A DNA stretch of 64,000 nt from Eledone cirrhosa (GCA_964016885.1 OZ024762.1:22940001-23004000), one strand, 5' to 3'; counted from the first letter of the stretch, positions 13,760-26,997 are shown. A program made the numbers and translations. The notes: a model not told the origin generated them from the sequence alone.

Positions 13760-15973
13760 CTACATTTTAAATTTAAATTTATATTTAAACGTTGAGTTTA
13801 ATCTATGTTTGCAACAACTGAATAAATTTGTCCGTAGATTAAGGGAACTTTTAGATTTTAGTATAAAGAATATCTCCTCTGCGCAGAGGTCACATGTCTC
13901 AGAGGATGAATTAAAAGGAATCCCTCTTGAGACTATATTCCAAGCCGTCGAATATCTAACGTTATCTAGCTTAAGTTGCCAGAGTACGCCTGATAGTGCC
14001 GTTGAAGATTTTTTGCTTGGATCTGTGAAAGAACTCTTGTGGTTATTATAGCGAAGTTTAAATTCCGTCGATGTGGAACCGACGTAGTTAAAAGAATTAG
14101 AGTCAGTATTAACATTACAATTGTATACTATATTTTTAACTAAGCAGTTGTTATTTAACGGACATTTAGATCTATCTCTACAGTTACATTTGTTAACTTG
14201 TATATTATTTATGCTATTATCACTAGGTTTTAAGTTCCTATTATTTATTCTATTAATATTTTGTGCTAAATTTTTGGTGGATGAGTAGGTTAATTTAATT
14301 GTATGCCTATTGAAAATTGAGTGATACCTATGTGTTCTAGGGAAGCGATTATCAAGAGCTTTGAAAAATAATTTAGCGATGTGGGTTTTAATGTTTAGTG
14401 AGAAAGGGGGGGCAAACCAAATTATGTTCCTAGTTCTATTTCTTTTTTGGCCTTTGGAATTATTGTAATGCTTTCTATTATAGTTGTTAATGTTGTTGCC
14501 GTAATTAAAAAAGTTGTTACTTTGTTTAGTTTGTCTATCATTATCTATGTACACAATCTTATCAGCATATCCTGCCCTAGCTAATGCTTCATTATAGTAA
14601 TGGGCCTTTTCGTCGAAAATCTTTCTATTCGACGAGATCCTAGAGATACGTTTTTGAACTGAGTTTACTATAGTGTTTTTGACAGATCTGGGATGGTTAG
14701 AGTTAAAGTTGACATAGTTTAAGTTTTCATTCAACTTGTGAAAAGGATAGTGGAGACATGTGTTGAGATTTAATGTTATATCTAGGAAATTGACTATTCT
14801 ATGGTTGTTCTCAATTTCTATTTTAAGGTTAAAGTAATTAAAAAATTTTGTAATTTGTTTACATTTTCTATTTAGTTCAGGGTTATTATTATTAATAAGT
14901 AAAAGCATGTCATCCCTATATAAACCTCCGGTAGTACCAGGTATTTTCCTATGTAGCGAATTGATTAAAAATAAGCCCACAAGGTCAGTTACCTGAGCTG
15001 AGTCGGAAGATCCCATAGTTATGTCAAAATTGCTATCTCTATCTGCTCTGGTCCATAATTTGTCATTAAATTCTATCAAAGTTTTCCTAGCCGATAATAT
15101 AATATGCATTTCTTTGCTAGTTAGGTCAGTATGTTTGAATGCGTAATTTAGTGCCTTATTTAGTAGACTAGGGGTAATAGAAGAATAATAGTTAGCTATA
15201 TCAAGTTGAATAAACCTATTATTATTGTTATATTTAATTTGCCTAAACCACTCAACAACCTCTCCAGTTCCCTTCCACAAGCTCAGGTTAGATACACAAT
15301 CCAAGTTCTTAATTTGCTGTATCACCCTGTCAAGAATGTTTTTGCTTAATTTGCGCAGGTCCGATTTTGAAGGTGCGATCAATCTAACTGGCAGGTCATT
15401 TTCAAAATTCCTCTTGTGATCCTTCATATTGATCTTCGGTTTCCTGGGCACGAAAGGTTGTGTTCTGTTCTCAATTTCCAACTCGTGCATTATACAAGAT
15501 GCTTCGACATTCATTTTCTCAAGTTCGGCCTTATCTGCTACCTTGTACTTTTCCCTCAGCTCTTTCAGTATGAGGCCATTATACATGTCTTTCCGCACTC
15601 CATAGAGGTTGTTGGTCTTGTCAGATTTCACCAAGATCTTCTCAGTTTTCTCTAAGCTCTCAATGTTATCCTTAATGCCTTTCAGATATTCCTGGCCTTT
15701 GAAGTTTCTCTTGAATTTGACCCCTTGTATGATAGAAATTATATCGTTTTCAAAGTCAGATAAAAGTTTGTTAGGGGGTGGATTTCTTTTAGATTTGAAA
15801 ACTTTGTTTAAGTCCGAGACATTTTCGTCTGCATTAGATTTATCAAAGTGGAATGCACGCCACCTGATTCTCCTTATAAAAGAGTCAGATTTATCTATTA
15901 ATTGTTTTATAAAGTCTTTGTTTCTAGGTAGAGGTATGTCTTTTAGAGAGGAAGTAATCTTAAAGAATTCCAT
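13760..15973 (-). CDS. Penelope-like element protein: reverse transcriptase + GIY-YIG endonuclease (Naiad-like), 737 aa
   Basis: RT motifs QLDIANYYSSI, FDITMGSSDSAQV, GLYRDD, NFLDITL, SNHP. Endonuclease region CNCR..CPL..C, IVY..YVGST..FKLRYNNH, CDLC, LN.R...CKH. Open, uninterrupted frame. Confidence 0.95.
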   Translation of the reverse strand: MEFFKITSSLKDIPLPRNKDFIKQLIDKSDSFIRRIRWRAFHFDKSNADENVSDLNKVFKSKRNPPPNKLLSDFENDIISIIQGVKFKRNFKGQEYLKGIKDNIESLEKTEKILVKSDKTNNLYGVRKDMYNGLILKELREKYKVADKAELEKMNVEASCIMHELEIENRTQPFVPRKPKINMKDHKRNFENDLPVRLIAPSKSDLRKLSKNILDRVIQQIKNLDCVSNLSLWKGTGEVVEWFRQIKYNNNNRFIQLDIANYYSSITPSLLNKALNYAFKHTDLTSKEMHIILSARKTLIEFNDKLWTRADRDSNFDITMGSSDSAQVTDLVGLFLINSLHRKIPGTTGGLYRDDMLLLINNNNPELNRKCKQITKFFNYFNLKIEIENNHRIVNFLDITLNLNTCLHYPFHKLNENLNYVNFNSNHPRSVKNTIVNSVQKRISRISSNRKIFDEKAHYYNEALARAGYADKIVYIDNDRQTKQSNNFFNYGNNINNYNRKHYNNSKGQKRNRTRNIIWFAPPFSLNIKTHIAKLFFKALDNRFPRTHRYHSIFNRHTIKLTYSSTKNLAQNINRINNRNLKPSDNSINNIQVNKCNCRDRSKCPLNNNCLVKNIVYNCNVNTDSNSFNYVGSTSTEFKLRYNNHKSSFTDPSKKSSTALSGVLWQLKLDNVRYSTAWNIVSRGIPFNSSSETCDLCAEEIFFILKSKSSLNLRTNLFSCCKHRLNSTFKYKFKFKM

Positions 15974-16147
15974 TTTTCCAGTTATAATATAAAGCGTTCA
16001 ACAGTATTGGAGCAAGATACATGGAAAGTTATATTTAAAATTGTTGGGTTGCAACTAGTAAATATTTATAACTGATATAAAAGCACTCGACAAATATTTG
16101 GAGTATATTTACAATATTAAATAAATGGAAACTATATTTATAAAACC

Positions 16148-16224
16148 ATATTTATTTCATTATATATATTTCGGGGATATCATATTAACAATATGCTATG
16201 CCTTCCTCAGACAAAATACAATAT
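16148..16224 (-). ncRNA. Hammerhead ribozyme in the 5' pLTR of the PLE
   Basis: Identical to 12264-12340; predicted cleavage ~187 nt upstream of the ATG. Confidence 0.7.
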
Positions 16225-17773
16225 AAATAGTTTTATAGATAAATAGGTTCGACATACCGTTACAACACCGACTTCCATTTGAAGAGGTTTAAGCTGGCAG
16301 TGAAAAAATTTTACACAGAGAGAAAGAAAGAGAGAAAAAAAAGAGAGAAAAAAGAGAGAAAAAAGAAAGAAAGACAGAAAACGAAGAAAAGGAAGAAAAA
16401 GAAGAAATGCATGGAACAAAATAGAGAGATGGAGAGATAGATAAAGCGAAGAACTTCATGTAAAGAAACAGAAAGATATATATATATATAGAGAGAGAGG
16501 AAATAGAGATAGATACATATATATATAGAAAATTAGGTAGTGGGAGGTCATTTTGAGTAAATGTATCAATGATACATTTATTTATTTTATTTATTTATTT
16601 AGCTAAATTTTTGATTCCTTCTTTTTATTCTTTTTTTTTTTTTTTTTATTGTTTATTTTTATTTTATTTTTATTTAAACATTCCTCATGAAAAATTAAGC
16701 TACCCTAAAAGCTGATGCTCCAAATATTTTGAATAAACCTTACACTAGATAAACTTCTATATTAAATATAAGAACATATGTAGACCAAATTGGACATCAT
16801 AAACTTTTTGAAATGATCTTTGCTAGATGTGATTTGATAGATAATTTTTGGCTTTGTCTTGTAATGAACTTGGCAATATATTGTCAATTAACTTTGAAGG
16901 GTTGATCTTTGTGGTTTATTTTTATTTTTATTTTTTATTATTGTAGTATTTTATAATATTTTTTATTTTTTTTTTTTATTTTTAATATCTTTAATATGTA
17001 AATTTTTAATACGTAATATTTTTTAATACGTAATATTTTTAATATGTAATATTTTTAATATGTAATATTCTTTCGTAATATTTTTTTAGTTTTCTATTTT
17101 ATTATTACTATTTTATTATTACTTATTATTATTATTGTTATCTTTTTATTTTTTTAGTTTTGTTTCTGATATATATTTTTATTAGTATATTGAAATCTGC
17201 TCTCTATTTCTGCTTGATAGATAATCTTGTAGAGTAAAGACAGGAATAATAATACACATATATGTATGCTCAAATTTTTATACCACATTGAGAATGTTTT
17301 CCGTGAACTTAGAGTTTGCAGAGTGAATCATGTGGATTCGCATGGATGTTTGTAGCTGTCACATAAACATATGAATTTTTTTTATATCTCCCTTACATTA
17401 ATACTTGAGCTAAATAAATAAATAAATAAATGTATCATTGATACATTTACTCAAAATGACCTCCCACTACCTAATTTTCTATATATATATATGTATCTAT
17501 CTCTATTTCCTCTCTCTCTATATATATATATCTCTTTCTGTTTCTTTACATGAAGTTCTTCGCTTTATCTATCTCTCCATCTCTCTATTTTGTTCCATGC
17601 ATTTCTTCTTTTTCTTCCTTTTCTTCGTTTTCTGTCTTTCTTTCTTTTTTCTCTCTTTTTTTTCTCTCTTTCTTTCTCTCTGTGTAAAATTTTTTCACTG
17701 CCAGCTTAAACCTCTTCAAATGGAAGTCGGTGTTGTAACGGTATGTCGAATCTATTTATCTATAAAACTATTT

Positions 17774-17850
17774 ATATTGTATTTTGTCTGAGGAAGGCAT
17801 AGCATATTGTTAATATGATATCCCCGAAATATATATAATGAAATAAATAT
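17774..17850 (+). ncRNA. Hammerhead ribozyme in the inverted pLTR
   Basis: CTGAGGA at 17788, GAAA at 17826, TATATA stem III. Confidence 0.7.
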
Positions 17851-17886
17851 GGTTTTATAAATATAGTTTCCATTTATTTAATATTG

Positions 17887-18470
<584 letters not shown>

Positions 18471-18511
18471 TAAATGTTTTTGTTCCCGTCCAAGTTTTCA
18501 CTATATATATA

Positions 18512-18690
18512 TGAAAAGATTCAGAACCCCGACGGCTGAGCTCCGGCCGAACATCTCGTATCTAGATGTCGAAACGGCCGGAGCTCAGCCGTCGGCGTCC
18601 TGAATCTTTTTATATTACCCACTCTACTACCCCAAGTACCAAGTACTCTGGTGGGTTATGCTCTAGCTGGTTTTTACCAAACCCTATCTG
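18512..18690. mobile_element. Family J inverted pLTR fragment pair
   Basis: gacggctgagctccggccg...gaaacggccggagctcagccgtc. Confidence 0.6.
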
Positions 18691-18696
18691 ATTTAT

Positions 18697-18812
18697 GAAG
18701 GTGAGTGGCTTTGTGGTTAAGGGTATTCGGTTCGCGATCGTAGGGTCGTCAGTTCAATTCCCAGCGGCACACTGAACGCTTGAGCAAGACACTTAATTTC
18801 ACGATGCTCTAA
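18697..18812 (+). mobile_element. tRNA-derived SINE fragment (same family as 2953)
   Basis: tggctttgtggtta...gttcaattccc...ttgagcaagacacttaa. Confidence 0.6.
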
Positions 18813-19072
18813 ACTCACTTTCTCTCACTTTCTACACCCCCCCCCCATTCTCTCTCGCACTCTCTCTTTCTTTCTCTGCAATAAACTATCAGATCATATT
18901 GAAAACTGGTATCTGGCGACACAAAGATAGTTTCGTTTCAGTTAAAATCACGATATTTATTTTCATGATTGAAATTTATTTCTTTACTCAATATTTTCAA
19001 CATTTGTGAAGTAAACTGCAGCATTTTTAGATATTGCCGAGGCTTCTCTGTTTAAAGTGTTTAGATACATAT

Positions 19073-19119
<47 letters not shown>

Positions 19120-19412
19120 TAAGACAGTCACACACATGGTTACACACACATAGAAACTCACTTATGGATACAGACACACATTGTAAATGTATACAACACA
19201 GACACACACACAAACATACACACACACACACACATAGACATATATATATATATATATATATATACACACTTACACATACACAAGCATACTTATATAAACA
19301 CACACACAGACAAATACACATAATTAAACAGTCACACATACATTGACATAATTACACACACACACTTACAAACACACATACACACATAATACATTCATCC
19401 ATACACAGACAG

Positions 19413-19475
<63 letters not shown>

Positions 19476-19479
<4 letters not shown>

Positions 19480-19826
19480 TAGAAGTGGTATTTAATTTGT
19501 TGGAAGTCCGACAAATATAAATGTTTATAACTGATTTAGAGCACTCAACAGTTAACTGGAGTAAATATTCAATGATATTAAATAGATGGAAACTATATTT
19601 ATAAAACTATATTTATTTCATTATATATATTTCAAGGGCAACCAAGACAACATTGGTACGCTTTCATCAGATAAAATACAAAGTTTGTTTATGTCTCTAT
19701 TTATAAAACAAACTTTGTATTTTATCTGATGAAAGCGTACCAATGCTGTCTTGGTTGCCATTGAAATATATATAATAAAATAAATATGGTTTTATAAATA
19801 TAGTTTTCATTTATTTAATATAATTG
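19476..19826. mobile_element. Palindromic family A pLTR pair with hammerheads at 19614-19678 (-) and 19718-19782 (+)
   Basis: Inverted repeat centred near 19695; CTGATGA..GAAA TATATA TA on both strands. Confidence 0.75.
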
Positions 19827-19850
19827 TGTGTATATATGTATATATATATA

Positions 19851-20343
19851 TCAGAGTTTTCCTACTCCTAGAATTCTGCCTTGACAAAGGCTAAAGGGGT
19901 CATCTCTCCCGGTGATTTTGGATGGCCATTGACTCTTAAGAGCTCCTTTGCCCTTTGACAGGCTTTGTTTTTAGTCCTGTAGGATGTCCAAAGTCACCCT
20001 CCTCACCAAGAAACCTTGATAAAACACATGCAACCCTGATGGTATCCAATGATGTTGACATGTTCTTCTTTTTGGTAAATATTATCTTGGTTAAGAGAGT
20101 GGGACTGGCTTTTTGCAGTGCCTTTGCTCACTATAAAAGCTTCACGGCACAGGCATTGCTTTATACCTGGAGATCTCTCTGCACTTGTCACATGGTACCA
20201 ATAATTGTCACAAGTGTAGTGTTTGTACCAGAGTGTTCAAGTCGCTGGCTGGTCTAAAAAGCCACACTCGTTCAGTGCATCGGTAGGGGTTCTCCTACAT
20301 GGATATAAAGTAGTGGCCGTACTCGAAAACGAGTTGGCAGCCA

Positions 20344-20347
<4 letters not shown>
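19851..20347. repeat. Unclassified dispersed repeat (second, rearranged copy at 59890-60510)
   Basis: 20025-20347 is direct to 60163-60510; 19851-20017 is inverted to 59990-60158. Confidence 0.7.
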
Positions 20348-20385
<38 letters not shown>

Positions 20386-20440
20386 TACAAACAAACCGAA
20401 CATTATAATAAATGTTCGGTAAACCCATACGTACATATAT

Positions 20441-22984
20441 ATAATAATAATAATAATAATGAAATTATTGTGTACAGTGCTCAGGTGCACTACAACTCAT
20501 CAAAGGTGCATGTATATTACATAGAATAATGTACAAATGTCAGGAAAATAAACAGTGTATGAGTCATGATATAATAACAATAACAATAATGAAATATTGT
20601 GCACAGTGCCCAGGTGCACCACAACCCATCAAAAAAAGTACATGTACAGTACATAGGGCAATGCACAAACATCAGTAAAATGAACAGTGCACACATGTGT
20701 GCATGTGTATGGAAGGGGCACATCAGGTGTAGTTTTGGCGTATTTCGGGAAGCATGAGTGTCTTAAAGGATGCAGTGTCTCGGCAGCTAACAATTGACGC
20801 AGGCAGTTTGTTCCATGTTTCAGCAACTCTGAGCGTGAAAAAATGTCTGCGAAAGTCATGGGAGCTGTGCTGTTTTCTTATCTTGTAGGCATGTCCACGT
20901 GTGTTAGATACATGGAGATCAAAGAGGCGCTCAGGGTTGCAGTTGGCGAGATGGTTAAAAACTTTGTGGGTATTCACCAAGTCCACTGCCAGACGTCGGA
21001 GCTTCAATGAATCCATGCCCAGGGAAGCAAGGCGTTCAGAGTATGGTAGGTGTCTGATGGAGGGTATGCGCTTGGTTGCACGTCTCTGAACAGTTTCCAG
21101 GAGGTCAATGTTCCGAGCAAGATAGGGGTTCCAGACTGATGATGCGAATTCCAAGTGTGGTCGCACCATAGCTGTATACAGTTTTAAATAGATGGCTGGA
21201 GAGCGGCTAACAAAGGTCTTGCTGAGTGATGCCAAGACACCCTCGGCCTTCTTGACAATCTTAGAGACATGCTTTGTCCAACGCAAATCGTTGCTGACAG
21301 TAATGCCCAGGTCACGTTCACAAGAGGACTTTTTGATGTCAGTGTTGTGGAGGGAGTATGTGGACGCTGGATTTTTCCTTCCAAAATGCATGGTGGTACA
21401 CTTGTCCACAGCCAGCTTCAGTTGCCAGTCTGTGATCCATTGCTGCATTGTGTCCAGGTCTGATTGTAGGAAAGAGTTGTAAATTCCAGGATCAGTCCTT
21501 TTGATTTCAAGGTACAGCTTGATGTCATCTGCATATTTTAGTACCGTGGCATTCTGTAAGTTGGCATCTATGTCATTAATATATGCCACAAACAAAAGAG
21601 GACCAAGAACAGATCCCTGTGGTACACCAGATGACATCTCATATGGTGAAGAATGCTGTCCTAGAACTGTGACTACTTCCTTTCGGCTGAGAATGAAGGA
21701 TTTCAGCCAGTCGAAAAGATCATCCCTCACACCCATTGCAGAGAGTTTTGCCATAAGTCTTTTGTGTGGCACAGAATTAAAAGCCTTAGCAAAGTCAAGG
21801 TAAACAACATCCACCCATGAGCCGCTGTCAGTGATCCGGGTGATGTCCTCAAGGAACTCGATAAGCTGATCACAGCAGCTGGAGTTAGGGATAAATCCAA
21901 ACTGTGAGGGCCGGATGAGGCTGTGAGAGCTCCAGAAGTTCCAAAGTGTTTCTCTGACACAGGATTCCATCAGTTTGGCCATACAGCTAGTAAGACTGAC
22001 TGGACGATAGTTGACAGGTGACATGCGGTTGCCCTTTTTGAATAGGGGAATGACACTGGCAGTTTTCCACTGCTCTGGAGTAGCACCATTGCTGAGACAG
22101 TATTGAAAGAAAAAAGAAAGCTGGCGCAAAATGAAATCCCCGCCACGTTTGAGAAGCAGGTATGTAACACCATCAAGACCAGGGGAGGCATAGTTGCGCT
22201 TATTCTTAAGGTGACGTCGCAACATTGCAGGTGTAAATTCCATAGTTGTTATGGAATTTGATGTTAGAGATGGTGGAGATGGTACATTCTGGTTTTCAAC
22301 AGTAAAAATACTTGCATAGCACTCAGCAATGAGTTCTTCGCATTCCTTGGGATCGTCAGTGATCTGGCTTGTGTGGGGATTGCGAAGAGGACCAACTGGA
22401 GAGTGAGATCTCTGCTTTGAATGAACATATTTCCAGAACACCTTACTGTCGGGATTGGTTGCGATGCACTGTTCAAATTCAAGCACTGCCTTCTTTGTCA
22501 CTTGCTTGAGATGGTTAGAAGATTTATTCCGCTTTTTTCTGTTGGCATCTGATCTATGCAGTTTATATTCCCGTTCAGCGTTCCGACGTTCTTTCCTGGC
22601 AAGTCGGACTGCTGAAGTTTCCCAGATTGCACTTTTGGGGTGGTTATTTTTCCGCTTCCGTGGCACTGATGCTGCACACGCTATCCATATTGAGTCCAGG
22701 ATGCTCTGGAGTATAGAGTTCACATCTCCAGAGTTATACATCTCATGCCAGTTTGGGCGCTGTAGCTCAGTGCAGTACAAGTTCCAATCTGCCCTCTTCC
22801 AATCAAAGCAAGCAGATTGGAGATGGCTCTGGTTTTTGTTGCTGCCCTCAAGTGCCAGATTGGCAATGATCATAGCATGATCAGAGTCGCCTAGAGGTTC
22901 CTCAGTAGTACAACTGATAACCACTTCAGGAGTAGTGGTGAAGATCAGGTCCAAAGTGTTGTCACCTCTTGTTGGAGAGATGAG
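20441..22984 (-). mobile_element. 5'-truncated CR1-clade LINE with (ATT)n tail
   Basis: RT ORF, ~280-bp 3'UTR with a duplicated terminal segment, (ATT)n tail at 20441-20460. Confidence 0.9.
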
Positions 22985-22987
22985 CAT
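20723..22987 (-). CDS. CR1-type ORF2 (end of AP endonuclease + reverse transcriptase), 5'-truncated but otherwise open
   Basis: PTRGDNTLDLIF..SDH, NYRPVSLTS, QFGF, YLDFAKAF, GVPQGSVLGPLLF, YADD, ERDLG, RPHLE, VQRRATK, TRGH, WNKLP. The initial Met probably derives from the flank. Confidence 0.9.
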   Translation of the reverse strand: MLISPTRGDNTLDLIFTTTPEVVISCTTEEPLGDSDHAMIIANLALEGSNKNQSHLQSACFDWKRADWNLYCTELQRPNWHEMYNSGDVNSILQSILDSIWIACAASVPRKRKNNHPKSAIWETSAVRLARKERRNAEREYKLHRSDANRKKRNKSSNHLKQVTKKAVLEFEQCIATNPDSKVFWKYVHSKQRSHSPVGPLRNPHTSQITDDPKECEELIAECYASIFTVENQNVPSPPSLTSNSITTMEFTPAMLRRHLKNKRNYASPGLDGVTYLLLKRGGDFILRQLSFFFQYCLSNGATPEQWKTASVIPLFKKGNRMSPVNYRPVSLTSCMAKLMESCVRETLWNFWSSHSLIRPSQFGFIPNSSCCDQLIEFLEDITRITDSGSWVDVVYLDFAKAFNSVPHKRLMAKLSAMGVRDDLFDWLKSFILSRKEVVTVLGQHSSPYEMSSGVPQGSVLGPLLFVAYINDIDANLQNATVLKYADDIKLYLEIKRTDPGIYNSFLQSDLDTMQQWITDWQLKLAVDKCTTMHFGRKNPASTYSLHNTDIKKSSCERDLGITVSNDLRWTKHVSKIVKKAEGVLASLSKTFVSRSPAIYLKLYTAMVRPHLEFASSVWNPYLARNIDLLETVQRRATKRIPSIRHLPYSERLASLGMDSLKLRRLAVDLVNTHKVFNHLANCNPERLFDLHVSNTRGHAYKIRKQHSSHDFRRHFFTLRVAETWNKLPASIVSCRDTASFKTLMLPEIRQNYT

Positions 22988-23102
22988 GTATGTATATACA
23001 TACTACTGTAGGTCTGTATACATATATGTATGTACGTATACATACTTACATTTAAGTATCAGCCGTACTAAGAGTGAGAAATGAAATTTCATTTCATTTT
23101 TT

Positions 23103-23138
<36 letters not shown>

Positions 23139-23281
23139 CTGTTTGTCATATTTTCCTGAGTCAGTTTTTTTCGTTGCTTTGGTCACTGCGGCTGGCTTAT
23201 CGGTCGCTGTATTCAATTTGCAAAGCTGTCTAAACGTAATGTTATAACTCTAAGTTAAATTACCTTATTGATATATATAAC

Positions 23282-23468
23282 TGTTTCTACTTTAGGCACA
23301 AGGCCAGCAAATTACCCAGTGCATTACTGGTACTTTATTTTATCGACCCCGTAAGGATGAAAGGCAAAATCAACCTCGGCGGGATTTGAACTCAGATCGT
23401 AAAGGGACGTAACTATGCTGGAAAGCATGGCGTCCGACCTTCTACCGATACTGCCAATCCACTGCCCT
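23282..23468 (-). mobile_element. Major tRNA-derived SINE
   Basis: revcomp gagttcaaatcccgccgagg...tttgcctttcatccttacggggtcgataaaataaagtaccag. Confidence 0.85.
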
Positions 23469-23479
23469 TGATATATATA

Positions 23480-24427
23480 ACGAAGGAGGCGTGGTAAGGA
23501 ACCAGATGGACCATAACGCACCATTACAAAAGAAACGTTACAAATGCTGTTTACGAAGGATCAACTCCTAAACAAAAAAGACGAACTTGTACCTGCATGC
23601 AAACACCGATTGCGTAGGACTTACCTCGCCCTCAAACCCCCTAATGACCCGCGTGTGTAGACGATGGCTGAAACATCCTCCTTTTCCCTACTTGCCGAAC
23701 AAGATAGTGGGAAACCCCAGCTAACGTAGGTAGATGTACCTCTTTTCTTTTCCTTTCTATTTTCTTCTTCCCTTTATCTCTTCTTATCATTTCCTTCCAC
23801 TCCCTATCCTCTTCCTTTTCCTCCTTTCTCCTAGCCCGAGGCAGCCCATCGGGCTTTTGTAGCCTCAGTACCCCACCCCATAAAGTATATATAGCATTGG
23901 CCGAAAACGCAATACCAACTAAATATAGCAGCTGTTTTAGACTCTAGAGATGTTTTAATTACTTTTTATTATCCAATTTTATAATTTTATAAATGTTTTT
24001 TATTTACTTATTATCTGCTAATCTCAATTTTTTAAGCTATTCTATAACGTCCCTCTCTATTTTCTCCAGAATCCTTTTTCGCCTACTCCCTCTAGTATAT
24101 GACATTAGGCTAGAGTCTAGCCTAATGTCATACACACTCCTTAGGATTTGCTGTATAGAATTCACTGTCAACGCTTGACCGGCACCACCCACTCCCTCAT
24201 TGTTCTACAGGCAAGTTCAGCCACCCCACCTCCCACCCACTGCCATGAAAGATTTAATTGTGTTTACAAGAAATTTTTACCAATCCTTTTGACAACTACA
24301 ATCTTACCATTTCAGGAATTATCCCTTGAAAGGTTCGGCTATTTATTTACCACGCTAAAAATTCTAACTTATTCCAGAAATAACCGTCAAAACGGCTTGA
24401 GTTCTGCCGTCTGGGTTAAACATTTTC

Positions 24428-24430
<3 letters not shown>
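23480..24430 (+). mobile_element. 5'-truncated PLE remnant: ORF C-terminus, 3'UTR and family J pLTR, with a short inverted J piece at the 5' end
   Basis: 23523-23660 reads ITKETLQMLFTKDQLLNKKDELVPACKHRLRR...*, the same LN..E/N....CKHR end as the intact PLE; degenerate HHR at 24321-24416. Confidence 0.65.
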
Positions 24431-24468
<38 letters not shown>

Positions 24469-24504
24469 TATATATATATATATTTATATATATATATATA
24501 TATA

Positions 24505-25830
24505 ACTTACACATATATCAAAGTTATGTTCAAATCATTTAATCGCTGACAATTGTTTCTTCCAAACTTTAGTCACCATAACTACTTTAGATTACTTATA
24601 ATATATACAGTAATGGATATATAATATGTAAAGACATTAAATGTAATATGTGACAATAAATTATATATATATTTTTAATTAAATGTATAAATTAATAACA
24701 TTGTATATAAAGGATTAAATTATTAACAAGGGATTTATCTAATTGGCCATGTAAACAGCTATACATTATTCCATATCTTGGCTAGTATTGGGTAGATAAC
24801 AATCTAATGAAACCTTTAATATATTATGAGAGAGTAGACTGTATTTAAAATTAAATATAAGTATATAACATTATGTAAAAGGGATTAAATTGTGACACTA
24901 TATAATGTCTATTAGAGCAAAGAATTTAAATAGTTTAATGAGCTAGTTACCTCCCCTTACGCATTAGCTCCCCTTAATTTTGGATCTCATATCCACTTCC
25001 CATTATTAAACCGTTGGAAAATCTCGCTGTAGAACAACTCTAATCCATGAATATGAATACAAAAAGACCAATTTACAATCCATTACTATAACTAACTAAA
25101 AACATTCAATACAAACATTAACTAAAATATCATTTAACATATGTAATGGATGGGAAATCATTAACTTTCATAGTCTTCACACATAAATTTGAACTCTACA
25201 GAAACTATCATCGCATTACATCCTCCATAATACAGTAACATATTCGCTTGTATTTTATGTAATACCTTGCCATACAGTATTCATATATGACTAATACCTT
25301 TGCTTGTTTCCTTCTCATGTATATGACTAACGCATGTGCAATCTCTACACGCTTGAATATGTACTTCTTTCTCAATGCCTCTTTAATTATTAGACTATTC
25401 TCTTGTATTATCTGTCGCCTGTATTCCACTCTGTGCTTTTAATTTTAATTTGAATAATTGTTCAATTCTCGTATAATATATGTCGCTGCCATTCCACCCT
25501 GTAAATACTAAACTGTTGTTCACAACATCAATATATATGTATCTATATGATTTTTCAGTTGAATAGGAGATTAATTATATGTACAAATATTGATAATGCT
25601 CCGATGACTCCAAACTAAATTTTGGAAGAAACAATTGTCAGCAATTAAATGATTTGAACATAACTTTGATATATGTGTAATTTATATTCCTGCTCTGTAA
25701 AAGACCTGATGTTCTTACATTGAGCTATTTCTCTTACTGGTAATAAGCTAGTAATAAATTACTGACCTTTCCTGTTTATAGTTGTTTATAGTATAGTATA
25801 TACATAACTATAAAGAGTATCTTTATTATA
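24505..25830. mobile_element. Old HHR-bearing element with an inverted terminal piece (family D)
   Basis: 24505-24575 is the inverse of 25610-25685. Confidence 0.5.
25597..25643 (+). ncRNA. Hammerhead ribozyme motif (U4C variant)
   Basis: tgct-CCGATGA-c-tccaaa..tttgga-a-GAAA-CAATTG-TC-agca. Confidence 0.6.
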
Positions 25831-26279
25831 TATATATATAGATATAGATAGATAGATAGATAGATAGATAGAAAAATGGATAGATGGAAATATATATATA
25901 TATACATACATCACACACACACAAACACAGACATACTTGTACAAACACATACACAATCACAAATGTACACACAAAGAAATTGTTGACAGAACATATTCGG
26001 TTAATATTTTATAGAAATATCTAATACTGCTAACTTGTGATGTTGCACAACAGCAGAACCATTGCTAATGGCTCTGGTAGTATTAGTAGTAGTAGTAGTA
26101 GTACTGGTGGTAATTGTAGTAGTAGTGAAGGTGGTGTTGGTGGTGGTGGTGGTGTTGGTGGCGGTGGTGGTGGTGGTTGTGACAAAATTAAAATCTATTC
26201 GTGATGTTTCATTTCCAGTGTGTCGGAAATTGTCGCTCTCCCTCTCGCTTACTCACACAAATGTATATAGGTTGTGTGT

Positions 26280-26471
26280 GTGTATATATATATATGTATA
26301 AATACACACACATATTTATATATGTATATATATATATATATACATATGTAACTATATGTGTGAATTTATACATAGGAACATATATATATATATATAATAT
26401 ATATGTATATATACATGCATATCTATATATGTATATGGATATATATACATGCTTATCTATATATATGTATG

Positions 26472-26503
<32 letters not shown>

Positions 26504-26789
26504 TACATATCTATATATATATACACATACATATCTATATATGTGTATATGTACACACATACATATATATATATATATACATACATATCTATATATATAT
26601 ATGTATATATATACATACATATCTATCTATATATATATGTACATATATATAAATACATATCTATATATATATATGTATATATATATACATACATATCTAT
26701 CTATATATATATGTATATATATATATATATATACATACATGTCTCTCTATATATATATGTATATATATACATACATATCTATCTATATA

Positions 26790-26821
<32 letters not shown>

Positions 26822-26961
26822 CATGTCTCTCTATATATATATGTATATATATACATACATATCTATCTATATATATATATGTATATATATATACATACAT
26901 ATCTATCTATATATATATATGTATATATATATACATACATCTATATATATATATATATATA

Positions 26962-26997
<36 letters not shown>

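Noticed and set aside
13760-15973. Selenoprotein-type Naiad
   Set aside because: The ORF has no in-frame TGA
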